Shown: positions 49,299 to 59,652, counted from the first letter of the stretch. The stretch is 64,000 bases of DNA from an uncultured bacterium (GCA_903827975.1 CAIKKG010000031.1:3717-67716); one strand, 5' to 3'. Notes: generated by a model from the sequence alone, not told the origin. Made by a program: numbers and translations.

Positions 49299-49753
49299 TA
49301 TTGTTTGCTAAACGGCTGATAAAAATCCTTATCAATTGTCCTTGAAAAACATACCCTACCAGCGTCATGTTTCCAATCATCACTAAGTGGTGCGCCACCC
49401 CCAACTGGTACAGAAATAAAAGAACCTCCCTCACTATTTCCTATACGGTTAAATAACGAACACAGTTCAAATTGGACCTCACCGGTCGCATGAAACTCAT
49501 ATGCATTACTGGTTTCAGGATCAACAGGAATTGTTACACCACGCAATGGATCATTTAAATCTGCTAAAGCATTAGGCAATCGCTGCTTGGCCTGCCAATA
49601 AGTAGCTACGTTATATTGAATACTCCTCAAGTCTGATACTCTCTGCTCATCAAAACGTCTGAGTCTCTGCTCATTCGGAGATCCAACAATAAAAAAACCA
49701 GCAAGAATTGCAACGCTAACGACTGATATAACTGTATATATAAAATATTTCAT
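49298..49753 (-). CDS. Hypothetical secreted or membrane-anchored protein
   Basis: N-terminal TM or signal peptide; no family recognised. Confidence 0.4.
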   Translation of the reverse strand: MKYFIYTVISVVSVAILAGFFIVGSPNEQRLRRFDEQRVSDLRSIQYNVATYWQAKQRLPNALADLNDPLRGVTIPVDPETSNAYEFHATGEVQFELCSLFNRIGNSEGGSFISVPVGGGAPLSDDWKHDAGRVCFSRTIDKDFYQPFSKQ

Positions 49754-49754
49754 A

Positions 49755-50246
49755 TTACTCAGTTTTATACTTTTTTAGATCCGAAAAATAATATGTGAAA
49801 ACTGAAACAACAACAAATAATACAGTTGAGGCCTTTAAAAGAAATCGGATTGTAACCTCCCCTCCCAACAAGTTATAAATAAGTGTCACAAGGTCGCCAA
49901 TAACTACGAGAGCTGCAACAAACAACGTGAAGTATACAAGCCACTTACGAATCCTAATATTTCTCTTTGTGGGGTTAGATTCATAACTTTTATTTAGAAA
50001 GCGAGTTGTAAAAATGTAGACTGGAAATACTACAACCAAAGTTGCAATCGCAAATCTTATAGAAGAGTATGCTGATTCAATTGCATAATAACCTCCATTT
50101 AATGCATCCGGAAAATAAATGTTTATGTACTGAAAAATCAGCACTAGAAAAGTGATCGAGCTTATATATAGCGTAATAATGGCCAGAAGATGCAGAAATA
50201 CATCTTTTGGTGAGACTTTCTTATCCTGTTCTTGAATTGTTTCCAT
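49755..50246 (-). CDS. Hypothetical integral membrane protein (~4 TM)
   Basis: Hydrophobic helices; operon context. Confidence 0.4.
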   Translation of the reverse strand: METIQEQDKKVSPKDVFLHLLAIITLYISSITFLVLIFQYINIYFPDALNGGYYAIESAYSSIRFAIATLVVVFPVYIFTTRFLNKSYESNPTKRNIRIRKWLVYFTLFVAALVVIGDLVTLIYNLLGGEVTIRFLLKASTVLFVVVSVFTYYFSDLKKYKTE

Positions 50247-50260
50247 ATCTACTAATTATA

Positions 50261-50935
50261 CTATATTGAAAGAACTGACAAGCCAGTGATATTCAGTATT
50301 GTGCTTGCAAATATTAGTGTCATAAACGCTGATAAAATAAATGGCCATCCAAGTGTTGTATAGGCCTCTTTAAATGCTGCGAGTCTAAAAATAGAAACAA
50401 TAACAACAAACAGAAAAGCCATAGGTACAAAAATTATAAATGCTGGCCACCCTACAACCAGCGCACATAAAAATCCTAGCTCAACCTCGCCCTCATCAAA
50501 AAATCTCTCCTTGTATCTATTCAGAATCATCAAAAATCTGTAAAACAGCCAAGCAACAAAAATAGAAAGCGTGGCACTAACCCAGAAATGTTGGATTGAG
50601 TAAAAAATAAAGTACCCGTGTTTTGAATTAAAAATCCACGAAAAATTATGAACAATCCAAATTGGTATAGATTTATCCAGAGACTGCTTTAGAAAAAATG
50701 TGCCCAGTCCTCCACCAGCCCAAGTCTTGTACTGAAGAAATGTTAGAAGTACAGAATATAAAAGACGAAAGCCAACAATAGAGAATGCTAATCTTTTAAA
50801 ACTGAAAATCTGTTTAAATCTGGACCAATTACTTTTTTCACGAACAAAATATGCAACAGTAGAAATAATAAGCAATATCCAAAAAAAAGTTGTTGGAATA
50901 AATTTAATCCATTCGTACATAATTTCCTGCGTCAT
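50261..50935 (-). CDS. Hypothetical integral membrane protein (multi-TM)
   Basis: Hydrophobic helices; operon context. Confidence 0.4.
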   Translation of the reverse strand: MTQEIMYEWIKFIPTTFFWILLIISTVAYFVREKSNWSRFKQIFSFKRLAFSIVGFRLLYSVLLTFLQYKTWAGGGLGTFFLKQSLDKSIPIWIVHNFSWIFNSKHGYFIFYSIQHFWVSATLSIFVAWLFYRFLMILNRYKERFFDEGEVELGFLCALVVGWPAFIIFVPMAFLFVVIVSIFRLAAFKEAYTTLGWPFILSAFMTLIFASTILNITGLSVLSI

Positions 50936-50937
50936 GA

Positions 50938-51942
50938 TTATGGAACTAGATTTTTAGGAGTATTGGCAAGAAAACCGGAGATGTTATCTATCGTAGTATT
51001 CAAGATTCTCTCAAGTGCTTCCTGCGTATTAAATGCATTGTGAGGAGTTATAAGAACATTAGACATCTTCATTAGAGCATGATTCTCAAGCATTACACGT
51101 ACGCGCTCCTCATGAAATTCGGTGTTTGCTAAAAATTTCATCTCATCTTTTATGTCACCCTCCTCTTCCAATACATCCAAACCTGCACCAGCCAATGTGC
51201 CATCCATAAGTGCGGTCACTAAAGCACTTGTCTCAACTATACCTCCACGCGCTGTGTTTACGAGATATGCACCTTTCTTTATGAATTTAATATTATCCTT
51301 ATTAATTAGGTGCTTTGTCTTGTCGGTAAGCGGAGCATGAATTGTAATCACATCAGCAATCTTCAGTGCCTCCTCTAGTGGCATATATGTAAACCCGAGA
51401 GTTTTAGATGCCTCTTCGTTTGGAAATGGATCGTATGCAACAACATGCATACTGAATCCCTTTGCTATTTTGATTGATTCCTTGCCTATGCGCCCCGTTC
51501 CTATAACAAGCAATGTTTTTCCCTTTATATCCATTCCCTTGAGTCCTGCAAATGAAAATGTTTCAGATTTTTTTATCTGGTCGATTGCCTGATACATTTT
51601 GCGTGTAAGATTCAAAATCAAGCTAAATGCAAACTCAGCGACTGTATTATCGCCATATCCTGGGACATAGGAAACCTTTATTCCTTTTGCATTACAAGTT
51701 GGAACATCAATATGGTCAAAACCGGTTGACCTAGTTGAAATTAATTTCAAATTTGGAAACTTATCAATCACGCCAGATGTTACTTGCGAACTTACGAAAG
51801 TACAGATGATATCAAAATCAAGCTGAGCTGGAAGATTTTTCTCATTTATCTTCTCATTACTAAATCGAAGGTCATGACCTTGAAATTTTTCTCGTATCAT
51901 CTTCTCCTCCCAACCATCAAGTTCAAAAAATCCTATTTTCAT
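50938..51942 (-). CDS. D-isomer-specific 2-hydroxyacid dehydrogenase (D-lactate / glycerate dehydrogenase family)
   Basis: NAD-binding 'GTGRIG' Rossmann motif and catalytic-domain similarity. Confidence 0.8.
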   Translation of the reverse strand: MKIGFFELDGWEEKMIREKFQGHDLRFSNEKINEKNLPAQLDFDIICTFVSSQVTSGVIDKFPNLKLISTRSTGFDHIDVPTCNAKGIKVSYVPGYGDNTVAEFAFSLILNLTRKMYQAIDQIKKSETFSFAGLKGMDIKGKTLLVIGTGRIGKESIKIAKGFSMHVVAYDPFPNEEASKTLGFTYMPLEEALKIADVITIHAPLTDKTKHLINKDNIKFIKKGAYLVNTARGGIVETSALVTALMDGTLAGAGLDVLEEEGDIKDEMKFLANTEFHEERVRVMLENHALMKMSNVLITPHNAFNTQEALERILNTTIDNISGFLANTPKNLVP

Positions 51943-51966
51943 GTATATTTTTTATTGTATTATTTT

Positions 51967-54405
51967 CTATTCCTTCTTAGCTCTTGGTTTAGGCGTTTTC
52001 TTACCAAGCTCCATTATCATCTTAATAATTGAATCTGGATTTAGTGACATACTTTCAATTCCCTCTTCCACCAAAAATCTTGCAAAATCGGGATAGTCAG
52101 AAGGCGCCTGACCGCAGATACCAATATACTTTTTCTTTGCACGACACTTAACAATGATTTCTGAGATAAGCTTTTTAACAGCTGGATTATTCTCATTAGC
52201 AATGTGAGTAACGATGCCTGAATCTCTATCAAGTCCAAGCGTGAGCTGTGTTAAATCATTTGAGCCAATAGACATTCCATCAAATATTTCCAAAAACTCG
52301 TCGGCTAAAAGAATGTTTGATGGTATCTCGCACATTACATAAACTTTAAGTTTTTTATCTGTCTTCCTATCAAGTCCGTGCTCTGCCATAGCATCAAGAA
52401 CCTGCTTACCCTCCTCAGGTGTTCTACAAAAAGGAATCATTGGAACAACGTTCGTAAAGCCCATCTCCTCGCGAACATGCTTCATAGCGAGACACTCTAA
52501 TCCGAAGGCTTTTTTAAACTTCGGGTCATAATAACGTGACGCTCCTCTCCAACCAAGCATTGGGTTTTCTTCGTGAGGCTCATATAATTCTCCACCGATA
52601 AGCTTACTGTACTCATTCGTCTTAAAGTCAGAAAAACGAATTATCACCTCATTTGGGTAAAGAACAGAAGCAATTTTAGCGATACCTCTTGCCAAGCGAT
52701 CAACATAATAACGCTCCTTATTTTCATACCCCTCGGTAATCTCTTCTATCTCGCGGAGAGTTTTTCGAATTGCTTGAGTCTTTGGTCCATGCTTCAACTT
52801 CTTATAATCAATGAGTGCATTTGGATGAACTCGAATATGTGATGCAATAATAAATTCCAAACGACCAAGTCCCACACCTTTTGCTGGTAGATAGTGATGC
52901 TTAAATGCCTCATCTGGAGAACCAATGTTCACCATTATTTTTGTCTTAATTTTAGGTAATTTATCAAGTCTGTGCTCTAAAATTTCAAATGGCAAAATTC
53001 CATCATATACATTGCCAACCTCACCAGATGAACAATCAACTGTTACCTCGTCTCCATTTCGTAATTTCTTTGTTGCAACCTTGGAACCCACAATACAAGG
53101 GATTCCTAATTCACGGGAAACGATGGCTGCGTGTGATGTGCGTCCTCCTTTATCGGTCACGATCGCAGAAGCAATTTTCATAATTGGTTCCCAATCTGGA
53201 TCAGTAATTTCGGTTACGAGAACCTCACCCTTTTCAAAATTTTCAATATGTTTTGCGTCTCTCAATACGCGAACCTTGCCTGCACCAATCCTGGCGCCTA
53301 CAGCGATTCCATTTACCAAAACATTGCTTCTCTTATTAAGTCGGTACTCTTTATATACATTCTTATCCTCACCAGCATGAATTGTCTCAGGTCTTGCCTG
53401 CACAATAAATAATTCCCCAGTCTTTCCATCCTTTGCCCACTCAATATCCATAGGTCGATAATGACCAGCCTTACCTGAAAAATGTTTTTCAATCTGAACG
53501 CACCATGTTGCAAGCTTTATGACCTCTGCATCTGTTAAACAAAATTTCTGTTCATCTGCCAACGAAACATATTTCTGCTTCGTTCCAAATAATGAGTAAA
53601 CGAGCTTAACATTTTTCTTACCAAGCTCTTTTGCAATTATCGGATTAAATCCACCCTCAAGCGTAGGCTTGAAAACTATAAACTCATCTGGAATAACCTT
53701 ACCCTGCACAATAAATTCTCCGAGCCCATAGATGCCATTAATAACAACGACTTTATCGAAACCAGTCTCTGTATCAATTGTAAAAGCCACACCCGATGCT
53801 GATAAGTCAGAGCGTACCATCCTCTGAATACCAACAGAAAGTGCTGTATCGAAATGAGAAAATCCCTTATCAGCACGATAAGAAATTGCGCGATTCGTAA
53901 AAAGTGAAGCAATACACTTTCTTGTAAAATGAACAACATCACTAATACCTCGTACATTCAAAAATGTCTCCTGCTGTCCTGCAAATGAGGCGCCTGGAAG
54001 ATCTTCTGCTGTTGCAGATGATCGAACCGCGACATCAATATTTTTACCGTATTTTTTTGATAATTCGGCGTATGCTACAGCAATTACATCCTTTAGTTCT
54101 TTAGGCAACTCGGCTTTTAAAATAGCGGTTCTTACTTTCTCTCCACGAACCTGAAGGTTTCGCATATTATGCGTATCAAGATCAGCAAGTATCTCCTTTA
54201 CCTGTTTATCCAAGCCCGTCTGCTCAAAAAAATAGCGATATGCGTCTGCTGTAAGAGCAAATCCGTCAGGAATATTAACGCCAAGCGGAACGAGGTTAGA
54301 ATACATCTCGCCAAGTGCAGCATTCTTACCACCAACAAACGGAACGTCCTCAATCCTTGTATCGCTAAACCATTTTATAAACTGTGCGGATTTTTCTTTT
54401 GCCAT
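51967..54405 (-). CDS. ppsA: Phosphoenolpyruvate synthase (pyruvate, water dikinase)
   Basis: PEP-utilising His motif 'GGRTSHAAIVSRELGIPCIVG'; ATP-grasp N-terminal domain; 812 aa. Confidence 0.85.
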   Translation of the reverse strand: MAKEKSAQFIKWFSDTRIEDVPFVGGKNAALGEMYSNLVPLGVNIPDGFALTADAYRYFFEQTGLDKQVKEILADLDTHNMRNLQVRGEKVRTAILKAELPKELKDVIAVAYAELSKKYGKNIDVAVRSSATAEDLPGASFAGQQETFLNVRGISDVVHFTRKCIASLFTNRAISYRADKGFSHFDTALSVGIQRMVRSDLSASGVAFTIDTETGFDKVVVINGIYGLGEFIVQGKVIPDEFIVFKPTLEGGFNPIIAKELGKKNVKLVYSLFGTKQKYVSLADEQKFCLTDAEVIKLATWCVQIEKHFSGKAGHYRPMDIEWAKDGKTGELFIVQARPETIHAGEDKNVYKEYRLNKRSNVLVNGIAVGARIGAGKVRVLRDAKHIENFEKGEVLVTEITDPDWEPIMKIASAIVTDKGGRTSHAAIVSRELGIPCIVGSKVATKKLRNGDEVTVDCSSGEVGNVYDGILPFEILEHRLDKLPKIKTKIMVNIGSPDEAFKHHYLPAKGVGLGRLEFIIASHIRVHPNALIDYKKLKHGPKTQAIRKTLREIEEITEGYENKERYYVDRLARGIAKIASVLYPNEVIIRFSDFKTNEYSKLIGGELYEPHEENPMLGWRGASRYYDPKFKKAFGLECLAMKHVREEMGFTNVVPMIPFCRTPEEGKQVLDAMAEHGLDRKTDKKLKVYVMCEIPSNILLADEFLEIFDGMSIGSNDLTQLTLGLDRDSGIVTHIANENNPAVKKLISEIIVKCRAKKKYIGICGQAPSDYPDFARFLVEEGIESMSLNPDSIIKMIMELGKKTPKPRAKKE

Positions 54406-54412
54406 ATTTTTT

Positions 54413-55693
54413 TTATATTTTTATACCTACTATTAAATCTGAAACATTAGACCCAGTACTTCCAGTCATTAGGAAGTCACCTGCATACTCGAAGAATTTA
54501 TACGACATGTTTTCCTCGAGATATTTTTCAGGACTCAGACCGAATCCTTTTGCCTTTTCTAAGGTCATTATATCACAGAGTGCGCCTGCAAAATCTGAGT
54601 TATCCATTCCATCCGACGCTATAGACATGACAAGTTCACCCTTTCCTACAGTTCTTGATGCACTAAGAACCAGTTCCATTCCGCGCCCTCCCTTTCCTGG
54701 CTTTTTTACAGTAACAGTAGGCTCTCCGCCATACAATAATATTGTTTTACTTGGAGCAGAATGTAATTCCTCCACAATTTTTGCTCCAATATCACGCGCC
54801 TCACCGGAAAGTGTGTTTGTTTTAATTATAGGAGTATATCCGAGCTCCTTCGCTTTTTCCTCCATTGCTTTAAGTGCAACCTTGTTCGAAATAATCACTG
54901 TATTCCAAACATTTTGGAAATAAATATCTTCTTTAGGTGTTTCAATAAGCGATGCCTCTATTAGTGCATTATTAGAAAGATTATACTTTTCCAAAATCTT
55001 TTTTGCATCATTTATTGTAGTTGTATCCTTAACTGTTGGTCCTGAAGCAACTAGCCCAATGTCATCACCCGGAACATCGGAGAATATCAAAGATGCTACA
55101 CGTGCTGGATATGCATACTTTGCTAAAAATCCACCGCGGGCAGATGAAATATGCTTCCTTAAAACATTAATCTCCTCAATTGTTGCTCCAGCATCAAAAA
55201 GCTTTTTTAAAATATTTGCCTCACTCTCACATGTGATACTTTGTGGCTGACAAAGAAGTGTTGAACCACCGCCAGAAATAACAAATATCACAAGGTCGCG
55301 TTCAGTCATTCCTGAAAGCATTTTTATTATCTCACTCGTTGCCTCAACGTTTGCAATCGTTGGAAATGGATGAGTTCCACAATAAGTCCTCACTTTATTA
55401 AATTTTTCCTCACTCGCACATAGAACAATGCCGTCTGCAATAATATCTAATAATGTTTTTTCAATTACGCTAACCGCCTCGGCTGAGCATTTACCGACTC
55501 CTACAACAAATATTCTTCCTATATCCTCAAGTGGAAAATACTTACCACTTATAAAAAGGGTTCGCTCTTTGAGAACAAAATTTTTCTCCATTACATCATG
55601 CGTATCTATTGCCTGTAGTGCTGTCTCCGCAAGCATCATAGCAACATCGCGCACTTCACTAGTCGCCAAATCGTGGAAATTCTTTATTTTCAT
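54413..55693 (-). CDS. Glycerate 2-kinase, MOFRL family
   Basis: DUF4147-like N-terminal domain plus MOFRL-like C-terminal domain. Confidence 0.6.
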   Translation of the reverse strand: MKIKNFHDLATSEVRDVAMMLAETALQAIDTHDVMEKNFVLKERTLFISGKYFPLEDIGRIFVVGVGKCSAEAVSVIEKTLLDIIADGIVLCASEEKFNKVRTYCGTHPFPTIANVEATSEIIKMLSGMTERDLVIFVISGGGSTLLCQPQSITCESEANILKKLFDAGATIEEINVLRKHISSARGGFLAKYAYPARVASLIFSDVPGDDIGLVASGPTVKDTTTINDAKKILEKYNLSNNALIEASLIETPKEDIYFQNVWNTVIISNKVALKAMEEKAKELGYTPIIKTNTLSGEARDIGAKIVEELHSAPSKTILLYGGEPTVTVKKPGKGGRGMELVLSASRTVGKGELVMSIASDGMDNSDFAGALCDIMTLEKAKGFGLSPEKYLEENMSYKFFEYAGDFLMTGSTGSNVSDLIVGIKI

Positions 55694-55732
55694 TTAATAA
55701 AATAATTTTACCATTTTAAGCACTTTTTAACC

Positions 55733-55765
55733 ATTTAAAAAACCGCACTTTGCGGTTTTTTAAAA
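55733..55765. terminator. Bidirectional terminator
   Basis: AAAAAACCGCA-cttt-TGCGGTTTTTT. Confidence 0.7.
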
Positions 55766-55767
55766 TA

Positions 55768-56196
55768 TTATTTTGAACCAGTACTAAACGGACACCCACT
55801 CGCTTTAGAAAGCGCCTCAAAACTCTGTTCTCCCTCGTAAGGCGTCTCCTTTCCATTGGCATCTGGAACAAGCCAGGTTGGAAAACCTTGAATTCCTTTT
55901 GCAATACACACCTTTCCGTCGTTCTCAGTACACTCCACATATGGAATATATTTGAATGAATCTCCAAAAAGTTTTTTCTGACTCTGACAATGCGAGCACC
56001 AGTATGCTCCATACATAGTAACCTTTTTATCTGCTAAGCATTGTGCAAGGGCGGTAATATTTGCAGAAACCTCAGTTTTGTCTGGTGCCGGTGTTCCTGC
56101 GTCCCAGGTAATCTTCCATATTCCCCAAATCAAAAACACACTAGCTAACAATATCCCAACAAAAATTAATGCATACTGTAATAATTTATTATTCAT
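55768..56196 (-). CDS. Membrane-anchored thioredoxin-fold thiol:disulfide oxidoreductase
   Basis: 'WCSHC' CxxC active site; N-terminal TM. Confidence 0.7.
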   Translation of the reverse strand: MNNKLLQYALIFVGILLASVFLIWGIWKITWDAGTPAPDKTEVSANITALAQCLADKKVTMYGAYWCSHCQSQKKLFGDSFKYIPYVECTENDGKVCIAKGIQGFPTWLVPDANGKETPYEGEQSFEALSKASGCPFSTGSK

Positions 56197-56719
56197 CGCA
56201 ACAATTTACTAATTTAGCCACAATGTCTTCGACTGCCCAGGGCTTCTTTGTTCCTTCTGTGTCATGCACATTTATCTGATCATCATTAATTTTTTTAACA
56301 TTACCTAGATCAACAAGCTTCAAGCGTAATGCCCAGAACATTGAATACACGTGATATGCTTTATCAAACATATCTTTTGCATCCTCCTTCTTGCCCTCAC
56401 CATTAAACTTAGTACCAACCTCCATTAGGCGCATTGATGCGGCAAGTAAGTGCTTTGAAATGCACCATGTCTCACCCTCATTCACATCCATCATCCTTTT
56501 CAAAAGTGACTTCCTGATTTCTCTCGTCTCTGCAAGCAAATCAAAATACTCGTCCTTCTTTGTTTTTTCTGCAGTAAAGAAAAAGTGTTCCTCCAAACTA
56601 ATAAGGTTCATTATCGCAATTGATAAATCTTCCTCCATAGAAAGGTCAACGGTTCCACTCTTCTTCATCTCTTCAACCTTAGCAATAAGTTTCTTAATTT
56701 TTTCGTCGTTTTCGTTCAT
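56189..56719 (-). CDS. Hypothetical cytoplasmic protein
   Basis: No family recognised; sits between the thioredoxin-like and CcdA genes. Confidence 0.4.
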   Translation of the reverse strand: MNENDEKIKKLIAKVEEMKKSGTVDLSMEEDLSIAIMNLISLEEHFFFTAEKTKKDEYFDLLAETREIRKSLLKRMMDVNEGETWCISKHLLAASMRLMEVGTKFNGEGKKEDAKDMFDKAYHVYSMFWALRLKLVDLGNVKKINDDQINVHDTEGTKKPWAVEDIVAKLVNCCDE

Positions 56720-56764
56720 TGGATTATTTTACACAAGCTACAAAATCAGCACAACCACCCATAT

Positions 56765-57547
56765 TTAGAGTAAAAAGATTAGAGAGCCCAAAACTATCAT
56801 TGCTAGGCCAGTTATGAATCGCAACTTGCTCGAACTGCCACTTCTCATCTCCTGCACTTTTGTAAGCAGAGACTCATTTGAAGCAATTACCAACACAACA
56901 ATTAGCGGGACAAGGAATAAAAGATTATAGAAAAGTAATAAACCAAATCCACCTACAAATGAATTTGAATCATGCAAAAGACCAAGTATTAATAGATACG
57001 GCCCTCCAACACATGGGAACTGCACGAGTCCAACAAAAATACCAAGTATAAATGCCGTTATCACAGAACCCTTCTGCATTAGAACCGCGATTGGCTTCTT
57101 TGCACTTGCTGGAATCTTCAACTGTATTGGAAACTTCGGGAAATATGCGCCTATAAGATCTATTATACCGAGAATAATAATTATCGTTGCACCGAACTTA
57201 CCCATGAATCCTGGAATATTAAAAAGTGATAGCGCTCTTAAAATTCCTAGTCCAATTAATACGTAGACCGTAAAAATTCCGAATATATAAGTACCCCCAA
57301 TTGCTAGAATTCTTTTCCTCGATTCCCCCATATTGAAAAGGAAGGCGACGGTAAGAAGTAAAACAGAAAATGCACACGGATTTAAACTGTCCAAGAGTGC
57401 TGCAACAGCAATAAGCGGAATAAGTGCGGGAGTTCCACCACTCTCCATTTTTGTTAATAGACCACTTCCACTAAACTTCAAAAATACCATTAACCCAATG
57501 AAAATAATGATTGCTCCAGCCATCCATACAAATTTCTTTTTATCCAT
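56765..57547 (-). CDS. ccdA: Cytochrome c-type biogenesis / disulfide electron-transfer membrane protein CcdA (DsbD family)
   Basis: 6-TM topology with conserved Cys in TM1 ('LNPCAFSVLL') and TM4 ('FPCVGGPYL'). Confidence 0.7.
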   Translation of the reverse strand: MDKKKFVWMAGAIIIFIGLMVFLKFSGSGLLTKMESGGTPALIPLIAVAALLDSLNPCAFSVLLLTVAFLFNMGESRKRILAIGGTYIFGIFTVYVLIGLGILRALSLFNIPGFMGKFGATIIIILGIIDLIGAYFPKFPIQLKIPASAKKPIAVLMQKGSVITAFILGIFVGLVQFPCVGGPYLLILGLLHDSNSFVGGFGLLLFYNLLFLVPLIVVLVIASNESLLTKVQEMRSGSSSKLRFITGLAMIVLGSLIFLL

Positions 57548-57567
57548 AATAAATATAATTAATTAAA

Positions 57568-57951
57568 TTAACGAATCTTACTACCCGGCTTTATATCACG
57601 CTCAGGCATAAGCAATATTGGAATCCCATCATCTGGGTCAGTTGCAGCCAATAACATTCCATTACTCTCCTCGCCCATTAATTTTCTTGGCTCAAGGTTT
57701 GCCACAATCACTATATTTCTTCCGACAAGTGTCTCAGGCTCATATGCTTTCCTTATTCCTGCTAAAATCTGGCGCGAAACAGGTGCACCAGCCTCATCCA
57801 CATCTCCAGCGTTAATCATTAGCTTTACAAGCTTTTCCGATCCTTCTACTGCCTCAGCTGAAATAATATGTGCAGTTCGCAATTCCACTTTTGCAAAATC
57901 ATCAAAAGAAATCATTTGTCTAAGTGTACCGAATCCACGCCCCCTCCGCAA
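57568..57951 (-). CDS. Stand-alone tRNA-binding domain protein (CsaA / EMAP / MetRS C-terminal-like OB fold)
   Basis: 'FAKVELRTAHIISAEAVEGSEKLVKLMINAGD...' matches the Myf/CsaA tRNA-binding domain. Confidence 0.7.
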   Translation of the reverse strand: MRRGRGFGTLRQMISFDDFAKVELRTAHIISAEAVEGSEKLVKLMINAGDVDEAGAPVSRQILAGIRKAYEPETLVGRNIVIVANLEPRKLMGEESNGMLLAATDPDDGIPILLMPERDIKPGSKIR

Positions 57952-57953
57952 AC

Positions 57954-59171
57954 CTAAATATTTGATGCGGAATTTTGTGGTGTTGGAGCAGAATTCAAAT
58001 GAAATAATGTACTACCCCATCCATCACGCACAAAACTTGAACCGTCAGAAATTGAGTCCCAGTATACAAAATCGAGTGTCTTACTATTCGCTCCATAAAC
58101 AGTAATTCCATTTTTTAACGCGGAAAGCGAATACGATGATGGCCATACAACATCAGGTTTTGTGCTCCCCGTGTATCCGCTCTCATTTGCTAGTAATAGG
58201 AACCCATGCACTGGAATTGTTTTTCCACTCAACCTGCTTTCAGACACGAGTGTAGATTCTTTTCCTGTAGAACTTTTCTTTTTAATTGAGACCCCATCTA
58301 ATACTGCTGGAGAATCAGCATTATTATATAACTCAACAAAATCATAATTTGAAACTCCTTTCATACCAGTCATTACCTCACTAATCAAAATTGAGTATGA
58401 CTGAGGTGCAACCTGAACAAAACTTGATGAGCTTTGTAAGGTTTTAGAAACCTCTTGTTTTATTATGGAACTCACCACAGTCGAAGAAGTAATAGCTTGT
58501 GACTGAATAATAGTTGGTGAAGAATTTTCTTTTCCTGGAGTTCCGTTTACCAATTCCGATGTGTGCCAACCTAGATCTGAATCTCGCTCCGCGGTTTTCC
58601 AGGTCTCATTATTACCAGCCACCCATCCAGGATTTGCGGATACCGCGTCAACAAGCGCGCAATTCGAATCAAATAAAGATAATGATTCATCGCTGTTATT
58701 TATCGTCCCAGTAAAGTCTCTACCTCTAGATATTACATAAAATACGTTTGGTGCAATTTTAACGCCTGAACTAAATTGCACATCAATTTTCTTACTCTTG
58801 TCCAAAAGCTCCCACCCGCTTAATGAGATTGAGCTAGAAGAAATATTTTTTAACTCAATCCACTCACGCTTTGTATCATTCTCACTCCCCATCCATGCAA
58901 CCTCGCTAATAATAATACTGGCATGCGTCGGCGCGTCTGAAGTTATTATGCACTTAGGAAGTATTGGACTGACTTTTTTTGCACTAACCGCTTCACTCAC
59001 GCTTGCACTCTTTTGAACAACATTACCTGGAGCATCAAGGTTTATTACCTCGGATTCTTCTCCTGTTTTTGTAGACAGAATATTTTCCATGAATGGAGTA
59101 ATCCCTCCGCTCATGTATATTGCGAATCCTATAATTGCGACAATCACCAAGCCAGACGCAAATATTTTCAT
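57954..59171 (-). CDS. Secreted protein with two lamin-tail-domain (LTD) repeats
   Basis: 'ISEVAWMGSENDTKREWIELKNISSSSISLSGWEL' and 'ISEVMTGMKG...DFVELYNN' LTD signatures; N-terminal TM or signal. Confidence 0.65.
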   Translation of the reverse strand: MKIFASGLVIVAIIGFAIYMSGGITPFMENILSTKTGEESEVINLDAPGNVVQKSASVSEAVSAKKVSPILPKCIITSDAPTHASIIISEVAWMGSENDTKREWIELKNISSSSISLSGWELLDKSKKIDVQFSSGVKIAPNVFYVISRGRDFTGTINNSDESLSLFDSNCALVDAVSANPGWVAGNNETWKTAERDSDLGWHTSELVNGTPGKENSSPTIIQSQAITSSTVVSSIIKQEVSKTLQSSSSFVQVAPQSYSILISEVMTGMKGVSNYDFVELYNNADSPAVLDGVSIKKKSSTGKESTLVSESRLSGKTIPVHGFLLLANESGYTGSTKPDVVWPSSYSLSALKNGITVYGANSKTLDFVYWDSISDGSSFVRDGWGSTLFHLNSAPTPQNSASNI

Positions 59172-59229
59172 CTATATACTAATTATACCAATATCAAATA
59201 AAAATAAATCAAAATAAGAAGCTAAGCCC

Positions 59230-59640
59230 ACACAGCCACACGTAACTATGCGCAAAGACGTACAAAGATGTGCAAAGACTTGCAACAACGCGCAAAGATG
59301 TGCAAACAAATTTAACTATGCATAAAGATGTGAAAAGACGTGTAACCATGTGCAAAGATACACAAAGACTAGCAAACAAATTTAACTATGCATAAAGATG
59401 TGAAAAGACGTGCAAGACTTTAAAAGACTTGCAACAACGCGCAAAGATGTGCAAACAAATTTAACCATACGCAAAGATACACAAAGACTTGCAACCATGT
59501 GCAAAGATACACAAAGACTTGCAAACAAATTTAACTATGCGCAAAGACTTGCAAAAACGTGCAAAGATGTGAAAAGACGTGTAACCATGTGCAAAGATAC
59601 ACAAAGACTAGCAAACAAATTTAACTACTTACAAACAGAT
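59230..59640. repeat. Degenerate tandem array. ~70-90-bp units anchored by GCAAACAAATTTAAC, each built from ~11-bp subrepeats (RYGCAAAGAYR)
   Basis: Anchors at ~59303, 59371, 59450, 59521 and 59611; CAAAGA words recur with ~11-bp phase. Confidence 0.7.
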
Positions 59641-59652
59641 AGTGATAAAACA

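Noticed and set aside
55716-56012. 98-aa ORF overlapping the thioredoxin-like gene in another frame
   Set aside because: Overlapping-frame artefact; the CxxC thioredoxin frame is the conserved one.
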